Positions 9,427-18,921 of a DNA stretch of 64,000 bases are shown here, in pieces. Both the position numbers and the translations under genes were made by a program. Position 1 is the stretch's first letter; every line of letters begins with the position of its first letter. The DNA comes from Candidatus Latescibacterota bacterium (GTDB taxonomy: Bacteria > Latescibacterota > UBA2968 > UBA8231), in NCBI GenBank assembly GCA_963422735.1, contig OY730476.1, positions 4,192,001 through 4,256,000 on the forward strand, in the 5' to 3' direction. The notes under the pieces are model-generated. The model saw nothing but the letters and a program-made list of their open reading frames with translations, was not told the DNA's origin and did not search any database.

Positions 9427-9846
9427 ATGAACGAAAACAGCAGACGCGTACTTGAGATGCTAGCGGAGGGCAAGGTGTCGGTCGATGAAGCCGAGCGCTT
9501 GATCTGTCTCGTGGACGAGGAACCAGAGGCGACCGCAGCGGTGCAGCAGCTAGCGCCTCCCCGCCCGGGAACGGCCCGGTATCTAAGGGTTACCATCAGC
9601 TCAGACGGGGAGGAGCACGTCAATGTCCGAGTGCCACTGGCACTGATCAAGGCCGGAGTCAAGCTGCACACCCTACTCCCGGCGCAGGCAGCTACGGGGA
9701 TCAATACGGCTTTGCAGGACCACGGCATCGACGTTGACATTAACAGCCTACAAATCGAGGACCTCGATCCGCTCATAGACGCATTGAGCGAGATCGAGGT
9801 CAATATCCAAGACGGGGACGACAAGGTGCGGGTTTACTGTGAGTAG
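9427..9846 (+). CDS. SHOCT-like domain protein
   Basis: RRVLEMLAEGKVSVDEAERLI; VNVRVPLAL; RBS aggagg. Confidence 0.8.
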   Translation: MNENSRRVLEMLAEGKVSVDEAERLICLVDEEPEATAAVQQLAPPRPGTARYLRVTISSDGEEHVNVRVPLALIKAGVKLHTLLPAQAATGINTALQDHGIDVDINSLQIEDLDPLIDALSEIEVNIQDGDDKVRVYCE

Positions 9847-10035
9847 CGGATGCGCGCAGTTTCCAGCACATCTACCACTACAGCCTGTCCAGCCTGCCCG
9901 AGTCGGATTTTCGCCCGCGCTTGGCCGACGACCGGGTAGCACGGCTAGGAGGCAGCGGTCCTAGACTCGTATAGCCACGCCCATCTCGAAGAGACCAAGG
10001 CGCGGATTGAGGCCGGCTTGGAGCGGAGCCTGTAA
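9846..10035 (+). pseudogene. Relic of zinc-dependent metalloprotease (DUF5117/DUF4953, EcxA-like)
   Basis: DARSFQHIYHYSLSSLPESDFRPRLADDRV joined in another frame to C-terminal LDSYSHAHLEETKARIEAGL*. Confidence 0.55.
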
Positions 10036-10329
10036 GATGGGGGACCGTTCCGACGCTAATATGGGGATGCAGATGGGTGGATTGGGTGGATTGGGTGCGC
10101 TGCTATCGCCGCCGACAGGCGCTGAAGGCAGACGCCTTCTTGGTGCGGATGGATACAGACGCCGCGGTCCGACCGGCGCTAGAGACGATGGTGAGCCGGT
10201 TGTGCCTCCTGCTGGAAGGTGGAGTTGGCCTCGGGCCGGGCACGCGCTCAAGTTGCGCAGCACCTTGTACTGGTAAGCCGTCCTCCTCCAGCAGAAGCGA
10301 GTTTAGAAGAATGACCTAGAGGAAATAAC

Positions 10330-11172
10330 ATGTCCGAGACGCGCCTTAGCGAACAACAACTCAATTATTTCAATACCTTCGGCTATCTGTACTTCCCCGG
10401 TCTGATGGCCGATTGCATAGGCCGCATTACCGAGGAATTTGAGGCCGTGTGGGCCGCGCACGGCAGGGGGCACCACGGCAAACAACACGAAGGGCAAGCG
10501 CGTTCGTGCATTGTGCCCTTTCCCGACCAGAGCGAGTACTTGAGCAGCTTGCTCGACGATCCGCGTATCCACGATATTGCCGCCAGCATTTTGGGCGACG
10601 ATTTCAACTACACCAGCGGCGACGGCAATTTCTACGTCGGCGATACACGCTGGCATTCGGATGGGTACAACGGCGAGCGCATTCCCAGCATTAAGATTGC
10701 TTTTTACCTAGATCCGCTAACCAGAGACACGGGCGCGGTGCGCGTCATTCCGGGCAGTCACCGCTGCGGCGATGCCTATGCCGATAGCCTGCAAGAGGCT
10801 CTGCCCGATAGCGAAGCGGCTTGGGGTGTGGCACCCAACCAAGTGCCGTGCCAAGTAGTGGAGACTCAGCCGGGCGATATTGTGGTATTTTGGCACAATA
10901 CCAAACACGCCGCTTTCGGTGGCTCGCAGCGGCGACGCATGTACACGATGAATTTCTACGAACACGTGCCCGACGAGCGCCTAAAGGACTTTCAGAACGC
11001 GCTGGCCAACGAAGGGCGGTTCTGGATTGACCGCATCCACGGAGAGGCCATGTTGTGCACCGCAGGTCCAGAGCGCATAGTGCATTTGCAGCAGGTCATA
11101 GACAACGACTTCAAGGTCGCGGAGGTGCATCAGCGTCACCGCCGGGAAAACGCCGAACCATCGCGGGGGTGA
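10330..11172 (+). CDS. Phytanoyl-CoA dioxygenase (PhyH) family Fe(II)/2OG enzyme
   Basis: FNTFGYL, WHSD, VIPGSH, PGDIVVFWHNTKH. Confidence 0.9.
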   Translation: MSETRLSEQQLNYFNTFGYLYFPGLMADCIGRITEEFEAVWAAHGRGHHGKQHEGQARSCIVPFPDQSEYLSSLLDDPRIHDIAASILGDDFNYTSGDGNFYVGDTRWHSDGYNGERIPSIKIAFYLDPLTRDTGAVRVIPGSHRCGDAYADSLQEALPDSEAAWGVAPNQVPCQVVETQPGDIVVFWHNTKHAAFGGSQRRRMYTMNFYEHVPDERLKDFQNALANEGRFWIDRIHGEAMLCTAGPERIVHLQQVIDNDFKVAEVHQRHRRENAEPSRG

Positions 11173-11367
11173 TTCACCCGGCCTGTCGCATGGGCAGCGA
11201 CGCGAAACATGGTGCTCATACCTCCTTTCCCCGAAGCTGAGTAGACAGGTAGTGTATTCATTTGAAATTCAAACGGATATACTACCCAACAGACGGCCCG
11301 AACTCGTCCGACCGGACTCCTACACATTGGAATCTCATCGCTATGTCCAGTTCTCGTGCATTTGTGG

Positions 11368-12088
11368 TCAGAAGCCGTAGTCGGACTTCAGCATTGACTC
11401 GTCCCTCCACCTCGGACTGCTCTGCTCGGCCTGCCGGATCCGCTTCGCCAGGCAGGAACAATTCTGGGCGAGCACCTCGAAGATGCGGTTGGCGACGATT
11501 CGGTGGCCGAGGTCGTTTTGGTGCACGCCGTCGTAGTGGACCATCCAAGGTGCTTCACCGCTCGCGGCCAGCAGATCGACGTACAGACAGTCGATTTCCG
11601 CCGCCACTTCGGCCGTGGCAGTGCTGAAGTTCCTGAACAGGGGCAGATCGGCGTGGCTCCAAGTCTTCCCCCCAACGGTGAAGTCAGTCGTGAAGTAAGG
11701 CCCGATCAACAAGATGAGCGGGTTCCCGCGTTGGCGCACGCGCCCCACGAGCAGGGCGAGGTCCTCGCGGAACTGGGCCAATGGCGTACCGCCCCGGGCG
11801 TCGTTGAGGCCGTAGGAGACCGCGAGCAGGTCCGGGTCGTGGGAGAGGACGTGTCTGTCGAGGCACTCGTCGGCCGCCGGCTTTCCGCTCTCCTCGTACG
11901 CCGGGCTGCGCCTTGGCATCGATCCCAGAGTTTACGACCCGCATAGGCATGGTCTGGAAGCCGTTGATGAGTGTGCCGAGGAGAGGCACCCAGCAGCGAT
12001 CTGGAGCGGTGCTCCAGCCGCCAGCAGTGGTGCTCTCGCCGAGGGCGACCATGCAGCGAAACTCCTCGGCGCACCAGTCCTTCTTCAT
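11368..12088 (-). pseudogene. SGNH/GDSL hydrolase, frameshifted
   Basis: VALGESTTAG...VVNSGI in one frame; YGLND and DGVHQNDLGH in another; junction near 11920. Confidence 0.75.
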
Positions 12089-12263
12089 CGTCTTCGTCAA
12101 AGAACTTGCGGGTTGAGCCTAGTCAGACATTGCCGAGAGTCACGGCGCATGCCGGAGGGATGGGCTAGCGGTATGCGCGTTCTGCATAAAAGGATAACGC
12201 CGCGTTGCCAACGGGCAAGGAGGAGGAGACACCCAGCGACCATGAGAAGAGGAGGTCATTGCC

Positions 12264-13049
12264 TCACAGCAGCTCCGGCCGGAACTCCACGGCGTTGAAG
12301 GCCTTTTTCCGGTCGCCATCGTCTTCCACCTCAAACTCGATGATCGTGCCGCGCACCCTGAGATGGGCAAAGTCCGCGTTGGACATCACCCCGCCTCTCG
12401 CCGTGCGCAGGTCGGTAATGTGCAAAAAAATATCCTCGCGTATGGTGTCCAGCCCCAAGTCGATCTGCGCGGTCAAGAACCCGTAACCCTTCTCCTCGTT
12501 GACCGCGTGTAGGATGCCGCGCAGGCGCTGAGTTGTATCGCGCTCAGGGAACAGAATGCCGGGCACTAAGTACCCAGAAAAATGGTAATCTACCTCTTGG
12601 CGCAGTTGGGTGCTGGTGTTCATAAAAGATAGTAGGTCGACTCGCTTGCCCCGGTTTTGCAGGGCGCGCACCAAGCGCACGAAGTCGCCATCGCCAGTGC
12701 CCAATAGCACGTAGTCCAAATTCTCCGACTGCAATAGGGCATCAATTGCCAGCTCTAGGTCGGCGTCGGCCTTGACGATGGTCTCGCCTTCTGACGTGAG
12801 ATAGCGCCGCACTTCCTTGAGTATCAGGTGGTAGCCCTCCCGCCGCGCTCGATTGCGATACGTTTCCCTCTTTTGGCGGTACTCTGCGTCCATGTTTTCG
12901 CGCTCGCGGTCAACGGCCATATAGGCATTGGCCCGCACTACGACCGCCTGCTGAGCCTCCACTAGGGCCTTGACCTGGCGAAAGCGGATGGCGTAGCCGC
13001 CGCAGCGGTTGAGATTCTCCATATCGAGAAATATGCCTGCTTTTAGCAC
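12264..13049 (-). CDS. NYN (LabA/DUF88, PIN-like) domain protein with C-terminal cold-shock OB fold
   Basis: FLDMEN, DLELAID, TGDGDF; C-terminal KGYGFL and IFLHITDL (RNP1/RNP2-like). Confidence 0.85.
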   Translation of the reverse strand: MLKAGIFLDMENLNRCGGYAIRFRQVKALVEAQQAVVVRANAYMAVDRERENMDAEYRQKRETYRNRARREGYHLILKEVRRYLTSEGETIVKADADLELAIDALLQSENLDYVLLGTGDGDFVRLVRALQNRGKRVDLLSFMNTSTQLRQEVDYHFSGYLVPGILFPERDTTQRLRGILHAVNEEKGYGFLTAQIDLGLDTIREDIFLHITDLRTARGGVMSNADFAHLRVRGTIIEFEVEDDGDRKKAFNAVEFRPELL

Positions 13050-13087
13050 GTGTATCCTTAAAGTGATGAGAGGTAAGGAGCGACCCC

Positions 13088-13114
13088 GTAGGGCATCCCT
13101 CGTAGATGCCCTAG
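13088..13114 (+). repeat. GTAG-type REP-like palindrome
   Basis: GTAGGGCATC-cctcgta-GATGCCCTA; related inverted copy at 29719-29745. Confidence 0.55.
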
Positions 13115-13127
13115 AGGTGTCTCGTCT

Positions 13128-14204
13128 CTAGACGTGAAAAATGTACAAGTCGCGGGAAGGCAGCGGCAACTCTACCCAAGCGCCGCCTTGGCGGTGGCTT
13201 TCGGCTACGGCGATGGTGGCTTCTGTGATGTGGTGGGTCACGTCGATGTGGCCGCGCGTGGGTTGGCCGGATTCGCGCGCCGCTACCAAATCCTCCAAAC
13301 AGCACTGCGTCGTACTGCGCGGCGTCACCGGATCGACGGGCATTCCCTCCCACAAGGCGCTCCGTCCTTGCACGGCACCGGGCTGGCGCAGCAAAGCGTC
13401 GGCTCCGTTGTTGCACGAGCGGATCGCGCCCTCTGAGCCGATGACCTCGAATTCCCACGGGGCCGCTGGAATGGACCACGCCTCGACGCCGTTGGCAAAG
13501 CGCAATTGATAGGTGGCCAAGGGGTCGGCCGGAATGTGATTGCCCTCGACTTGCAAGCTGCGAGGCAACAGCTCGCCGCGCACAGCTTCAATCGCCGGGT
13601 CGCCGATGAGATAGGACACGGTGTCGATCGAATGGATGTGCCCGTGCATCAGGCTGGAGCTGGCGTAGTGAATCACGGTCCGGATTTCGCCGACCTGACC
13701 AGCGGCGACCGCGTCCTTGACCACCTCGTAGCGGTTGTCAAAGCGGCGCAGGACACCCGTGTTGAAAAGCGCGTTGTTGCGCTTTACGGCGTCGCGGATT
13801 TCGTCGGCGCGCTTCATGGAGCTAGCCATGGCCTTTTCGAGGTAGATCATCGGCACGCCCATATCGGCCACCGCCACCGCTAGATCGGCGTGCGAGTCGC
13901 CGCGGAAACTCGCGTCCGGGGCCTCTCTGGCGGGTTTGGGCAAACAGGCCGCTGTGCAGATGGCCACGAGCTCGGGCTCTTCGCGGCGGATCATGTCTCG
14001 GAAGTCCTCGTACACGGCGGCACCCCAGCGGCTTTGAAAGGCATCGCGCTTATCCGGCAAGATATCCGCTCCGGCCACAAGTTCCAGCCGCTCGCTTGCC
14101 TTGGTCGCGGCCGCTACCGAATAGGGCAAGTTGCCGTGCCCTTCGTCGTCGATGGTGCTGCCCATGCGCCCGAGGCCGATGATAGCTACGGTGTGCGCAT
14201 TCAT
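13128..14204 (-). CDS. Gfo/Idh/MocA family oxidoreductase
   Basis: IIGLGRMG Rossmann motif, LEKAM, LRRF. Confidence 0.85.
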   Translation of the reverse strand: MNAHTVAIIGLGRMGSTIDDEGHGNLPYSVAAATKASERLELVAGADILPDKRDAFQSRWGAAVYEDFRDMIRREEPELVAICTAACLPKPAREAPDASFRGDSHADLAVAVADMGVPMIYLEKAMASSMKRADEIRDAVKRNNALFNTGVLRRFDNRYEVVKDAVAAGQVGEIRTVIHYASSSLMHGHIHSIDTVSYLIGDPAIEAVRGELLPRSLQVEGNHIPADPLATYQLRFANGVEAWSIPAAPWEFEVIGSEGAIRSCNNGADALLRQPGAVQGRSALWEGMPVDPVTPRSTTQCCLEDLVAARESGQPTRGHIDVTHHITEATIAVAESHRQGGAWVELPLPSRDLYIFHV

Positions 14205-14414
14205 GGTGGTCCTCCTTTCTATACAGCAGACAACCTACTCATCCCACCAACACTTCGCCAGAGCCTCCCGCACAGCAACAAGTTTCGGCTCCTAGAACTG
14301 TAGCTTACCTTGACAGTCTATTAAGCTATCGACTCTTTTTACAGCCGCACGACGCCCAAGCGGTCAACTTGCATCCGCGTCGCCTTGGACGACGAGGACC
14401 AGACTGGAGACAGC

Positions 14415-15362
14415 ATGACACAAGCACACTTGCCCCGCCTAGGCCCGCGCAAGTTTCAAGACCCCGATGTCACCGCCAACGGAGAAGAGCGTGCTTGCGT
14501 AGCGTTGGCGCGGCTGGAGACTTTGTGGTTCAACACCGGTACTCTCTGCAACCTAGAGTGCGCCAGCTGCTACATGGAGTCGAGCCCGCGCAACGACCGC
14601 TTGGTGTACCTCACGGCCGCAGAGGTGGCGGCCTATCTCGACGAGATCGAGCGCGACCGGCTAGGTACGCACGAGATCGGCTTCACCGGCGGCGAGCCTT
14701 TTATGAATCCCGAGATGCTCGACATGCTCGAGGACGCACTGGAACGAGGCTTTGATAGCTTGGTGTTGACCAACGCCATGCGACCGATGATGAAGTGCGC
14801 CGACGGCCTGCTGCGGCTGCGCGAATCGCATGGCGTGCGGCTGACGATTCGCGTCTCCATCGACCACTACAAGCCAGAGCTACACGAGGAGGAGCGCGGC
14901 GGGCGCTCTTGGGCGCCGATGATCGAGGGCTTGCGCTGGCTTTCCGATTGTGGCTTCCGCTTAACAGCCGCTGGCCGCATGCTCTGGGGTGGCGAAGAAG
15001 GCGAGTTGCGCGCTGGCTTCGCCCGTCTTTTCGCCGACCTCGGCGTGTGCATTGACGCGGACGACCCCAGCCAACTCGTGCTCTTCCCAGAGATGGATCC
15101 CTCCGTTGACGTGCCCGAGATCACCACCGGCTGCTGGGACATCCTCAGCCAGTCGCCCGACGACATTATGTGTGCCTCATCGCGCATGGTCGTCAAGCGC
15201 AAGGGCGCGGATTCTCCGGTCGTACTCCCTTGCACGCTGCTGCCGTATGACGCGGCCTTTGAGATGGGCCGAACCCTAGCCGAATCTTGGGGTCTGGTAA
15301 AACTCAACCATCCGCACTGCGCTCAATTCTGCGTCCTCGGGGGCGCTAGCTGCTCAGCCTGA
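14415..15362 (+). CDS. Radical SAM protein
   Basis: CNLECASC (CxxxCxxC), FTGGEP, LTNA; Cys-rich C-terminus HPHCAQFCVLGGASCS. Confidence 0.9.
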   Translation: MTQAHLPRLGPRKFQDPDVTANGEERACVALARLETLWFNTGTLCNLECASCYMESSPRNDRLVYLTAAEVAAYLDEIERDRLGTHEIGFTGGEPFMNPEMLDMLEDALERGFDSLVLTNAMRPMMKCADGLLRLRESHGVRLTIRVSIDHYKPELHEEERGGRSWAPMIEGLRWLSDCGFRLTAAGRMLWGGEEGELRAGFARLFADLGVCIDADDPSQLVLFPEMDPSVDVPEITTGCWDILSQSPDDIMCASSRMVVKRKGADSPVVLPCTLLPYDAAFEMGRTLAESWGLVKLNHPHCAQFCVLGGASCSA

Positions 15363-16031
15363 TTAATCCAGCAACTCGATCTGCTGTTGTGCGCTCAGCC
15401 GCTGGGCACACAACAGCAGATCGCCGCGCTCTACCCTGATCTCGACCGGGTTGGCGACCACCTCGTTGGAGATGCCGTCGCGCACGCCCGGAATGAGGCT
15501 TTCGCACCGCAAGGGCCATTTTAATCCAAACGTCTCAATACCCTCGGCCGCGCCGTCGAGTGGGCACAGGGAAATTTTCTGGCCAAGGGCGGCGCGGAAG
15601 CGGATGCAGCGGTCGATGAGGCGGATGTCGCAGTAGTCGTCCACGAGGCGCAAGGCGAGGCGGTCGGCAAAAGTCTTGAGCAGACTCAAGTTGCCCAGCA
15701 GGTGATCGGTACGCCGTCCCGTAAAACCGAGAAGGATGGCTTGAGTAACGCCCAAGGCGGCAGCGTGGTTGAGGACCTTTTGACCATCCGTGCCCACATC
15801 GCCCTCGGGGTCAACGAGGATGACGCGGTCGGCGGCGAGGGCGGCCTTGCTTTGGCGGCTGACCGAGTCGAGGTCGCCGACGACGTAATCGGGCGCGTAC
15901 CCGTACGCCGAGGTGGTATTGGCTCCGCCATCGGCGCACAGAATCAGCTCGGCTTCCCGAGCGCAGGCGGCAAATAATGCTCGGGAAGGTGGCTCGCCGT
16001 TGCCGACGATCAGAGCAGACCGACCGCCCAC
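15363..16031 (-). CDS. thiN: Thiamine diphosphokinase
   Basis: CADGGAN, GDLDS, GRRTDHLLGN, GLKWPL, GISN. Confidence 0.9.
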   Translation of the reverse strand: MGGRSALIVGNGEPPSRALFAACAREAELILCADGGANTTSAYGYAPDYVVGDLDSVSRQSKAALAADRVILVDPEGDVGTDGQKVLNHAAALGVTQAILLGFTGRRTDHLLGNLSLLKTFADRLALRLVDDYCDIRLIDRCIRFRAALGQKISLCPLDGAAEGIETFGLKWPLRCESLIPGVRDGISNEVVANPVEIRVERGDLLLCAQRLSAQQQIELLD

Positions 16032-16035
16032 GGCT

Positions 16036-18390
16036 TCAGTTTCCCAAGGAAGAAAACCGCGTCGTCAGCCGCAGGCCAATCTGGCGCGGATCGCCGTAGC
16101 TTTTGTAGAGCTTCTTGTCGTAGTTGGGCGGCTCGAGGCGAAAAAAGAAGCCTCTCACCGCGTAGCGCTGATCGAGAAGGTTGCGGCTCCATAGCTGCAT
16201 GGACCATGTATCCCAGTGGTAGGAAATATGGCCATTGACCAATCGGTAAGGCTTTGAGACTTGGTCGTGGCTATCCGAAAAGAAGAACCGATCCATGCCT
16301 ACCACCTCCCAACGCCCTCCTATGCCCGACCGGTGGCGATACTCGCCCCCCAAGCTGAAGGTGTATTCTGGCGCGTGGGCCGCGGCCCGGTCTCCTCGCG
16401 TCTCAGGTCCTTTATCGGTCTCGAAGGTATAGGGATCCACATGGGTTTTCAGGTATCCCAGCGAGCCGAACAGATGCACTCCGGACAGCGGCCGGTAGCT
16501 CTGTTCTAGCTCAATACCGCTGCTTTGTCCCCTAGAGGCATTGTCTATGAAGAAAGAGAAACTATTGGGATCGTCGGGATTCTGCTGCCTAGACAGGCTG
16601 ACCTGCTGGTCGAAACGCAGGGTGTGGAAAAGCGTCAGCGCGGTCCCCCCCCCCCGAAAACCCATTTCGAGATTGGTGGTGTACTCTGGATCAAAGGGCC
16701 GGTCGCGATCGCTCAGACGCGGGTCCTGATTCACGCCGCCGGCTCGGTAGCCCCGCGAAACAGCACCATAGATGCTCCCGCTAGGAGCAAATCGGTAGGT
16801 CAGAGCGAGTTTGCCGCCTGCCAGCCACTGGGCTACATCGAATCCTACGCTATGTTCGTTCTCTGTGACACCTTGGTAAGAAGTTGAGTTGTGGTCCAGA
16901 CGAAGATTGAAAGCCAACTTCACAGCGTCGCCTAGATCCCGGCTGTACTGACCGTAGAATGCCAAGTTGTCCACCTCAAAAGTGCTGTTGTGATCAATGG
17001 GGATAGAGCTGTCAAACACCCAGCTAGTGGCATCGTCCGACTCTCTGAGGGCTTTGAAGTATGTCCCTACAATGGCCTTTCCATTGCCGCCCAGAGCACT
17101 CTTGAGCAGGCGCACCTCCTCGGTGAAGGTCGTGCGCTTTCTGAGGGTTCGGTCGAAGAAGTCATTGGTCCATCCATCCTGCTCGGGATCTAGGTTGTAG
17201 GGTTCCCGACGCCAGTACTCTTCGTCGTTGCCCCAATCGCCGTCAAAGCTATACTCCAAGTCGGTCTCCGAATAGGCCGTGGTCGAGACTAGGTCCAACC
17301 CCAAACCTTCAAGGGGGACCTCTCCCTTGAGAGAGAAGGCGGTGGTCTCTTGGTGATCCTTGCCTGGATTGTCGGAATGGGTGATCAGCTCCTCGTTGTT
17401 GTCGTGGGCCCAGGCATCGTAGCCATTGTTCAGGTTGGCGCGAAAAAAAGTGCCCAGTAGCTGCAGGCCGCTGTCGAGAGTGTAGCGCACTTTGGCACGG
17501 GCGAAGTTTTCCCACCGACGGTTAGAGTCGTCTCTATCCAGAAACATATTGCTTCTGAAGCCATTGGACCTAGCTTCGTGGTAGCCGGCGCGAATAGCCA
17601 GTTGCTCATTCAGCGGCACATTGACGGTAGCGGCGGCGTGCAATAGGTCGTCGCTACCCCGGGACACGGTGACCCCGTGGCTAGGGAGCGGAGATGGATC
17701 AGTCGACTGCAGGCTGATCAGGCCGGCCATGGCGTTGGGTCCGAAGATGGTCGATTGCGGCCCTTTGAAAACTTCGACCCGATCTAGGTCGAACAGTACC
17801 CCGGCCGTGCCCAAGCCGCTCAGATCCACGCCATCGAGGACAAAGCCGACCAAGAAATTGGGCGGCTTTTCGCCAGCGAAGTGGCTGTTTTCCCCCATGC
17901 CTCTGATCTGGAAATAGCGAGGCCGGGACGTGCCGCCAGACCAGTTGAGATTGGGCACGGCTGAGGTCAAGCTCTGAAAGTGGTGGCCGTTGGTCTCTTG
18001 CAGGCGGTTCCTGTCCAGCACGGTGATGCTAGCCGCTGCCTCGCTCAGGGTCTCTTCTACGAGCCCCCCCTCGACGATGATCTCTGGTGCTTTTAGGAGC
18101 TTGGGATGCAGGCGAATTACAAAGGATTCTGTTGTCGGCAACAGGCGCACCGTCTCGTACCCAACATGGGAAATAGTGAGCGAATCACCGAGAGACACCC
18201 TCGAGACAAAGCGGCCTTGGGCGTCCGTAGTGGTAACCCTATCCCCGGCCTGCACATTGGCCCCTTCCAAGGGGCGACCCGTAGCCGCATCCAACACTTG
18301 GCCGGGCACCTCCTCGGCCTGTGCCACAGACAGCACCGACAGCATCAATAAACCGGCCAGCAAGCTAGCCGACGGCAGTGAAATTTTCAT
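16036..18390 (-). CDS. TonB-dependent receptor, probably thiamine uptake
   Basis: Signal peptide, plug (SRPRYFQIRG, VEVFKGPQ), C-terminal NLLD..Y/GDPRQIG; downstream of a TPP riboswitch. Confidence 0.9.
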   Translation of the reverse strand: MKISLPSASLLAGLLMLSVLSVAQAEEVPGQVLDAATGRPLEGANVQAGDRVTTTDAQGRFVSRVSLGDSLTISHVGYETVRLLPTTESFVIRLHPKLLKAPEIIVEGGLVEETLSEAAASITVLDRNRLQETNGHHFQSLTSAVPNLNWSGGTSRPRYFQIRGMGENSHFAGEKPPNFLVGFVLDGVDLSGLGTAGVLFDLDRVEVFKGPQSTIFGPNAMAGLISLQSTDPSPLPSHGVTVSRGSDDLLHAAATVNVPLNEQLAIRAGYHEARSNGFRSNMFLDRDDSNRRWENFARAKVRYTLDSGLQLLGTFFRANLNNGYDAWAHDNNEELITHSDNPGKDHQETTAFSLKGEVPLEGLGLDLVSTTAYSETDLEYSFDGDWGNDEEYWRREPYNLDPEQDGWTNDFFDRTLRKRTTFTEEVRLLKSALGGNGKAIVGTYFKALRESDDATSWVFDSSIPIDHNSTFEVDNLAFYGQYSRDLGDAVKLAFNLRLDHNSTSYQGVTENEHSVGFDVAQWLAGGKLALTYRFAPSGSIYGAVSRGYRAGGVNQDPRLSDRDRPFDPEYTTNLEMGFRGGGTALTLFHTLRFDQQVSLSRQQNPDDPNSFSFFIDNASRGQSSGIELEQSYRPLSGVHLFGSLGYLKTHVDPYTFETDKGPETRGDRAAAHAPEYTFSLGGEYRHRSGIGGRWEVVGMDRFFFSDSHDQVSKPYRLVNGHISYHWDTWSMQLWSRNLLDQRYAVRGFFFRLEPPNYDKKLYKSYGDPRQIGLRLTTRFSSLGN

Positions 18391-18440
18391 AGATCTGCTC
18401 CTTTGTCTTGCATTTGCGGAGAAATTCCGTCGAGGGCGCA

Positions 18441-18476
18441 CAAAAAAACCGCTCGCCCCAGATGGGCCAGCGGTGC
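18441..18476 (-). terminator. Intrinsic terminator of the riboswitch expression platform
   Basis: Minus strand accgct-ggcccatctggggcg-agcggt followed by a T run. Confidence 0.65.
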
Positions 18477-18493
18477 GTACGCAGTGCGTACGA

Positions 18494-18580
18494 CATCCGT
18501 TTCCCTACGCTGGCACGATCCAGTTCAGGTTAGAAGGGTCTCAATTCTCAGGCCCGCTGCCGGGCCACCCCCAACGGAAG
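18494..18580 (-). promoter_or_regulatory. TPP riboswitch
   Basis: Minus strand GGGGTG...CTGAGA...ACCCTT.TAACCTGA.CTGGAT..TGCCAGCGTAGGGAA, matching the THI-box consensus. Confidence 0.93.
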
Positions 18581-18700
18581 CTATATTCTCAATGTCTCTA
18601 CAATATAGGCTAAACCCCACCCGGGTCAATGTACGCCCATCACCTCGCCCTGTAAGAAAAAGGCGGCGCGACTTTCGCTGGGAGCCGCCAAGGATTTAGG

Positions 18701-18921
18701 CTACCCCGTGCGGTCCGCCACCAGATCGGGGTGGTTTTCCGGTTTCGGCACGACAATGCCGTTGGCGCACGGACTCGACGCCGCGTCATCTTGGGCCGCC
18801 GGTGCCGCCTATATCACTAGCCCGGCGCCAACAGATAGGCCACCTTCCAGAGAGTACGCACCACAAGCCGCCGGCAATGGGCGTAGCCGCCCTGCTCAGT
18901 AGAGAGTCGTTTATAATCCAA
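18701..18921 (-). pseudogene. 5' relic of a secreted LRR-type protein
   Basis: RBS aaggag + TTG, broken signal peptide, then PCANGIVVPKPENHPDLVAD*, resembling the N-cap of symbiont LRR proteins. Confidence 0.4.

Noticed and set aside
10074-10097. TGGGTGGAT 9-mer repeat
   Set aside because: Under three copies with no associated gene; too weak to interpret
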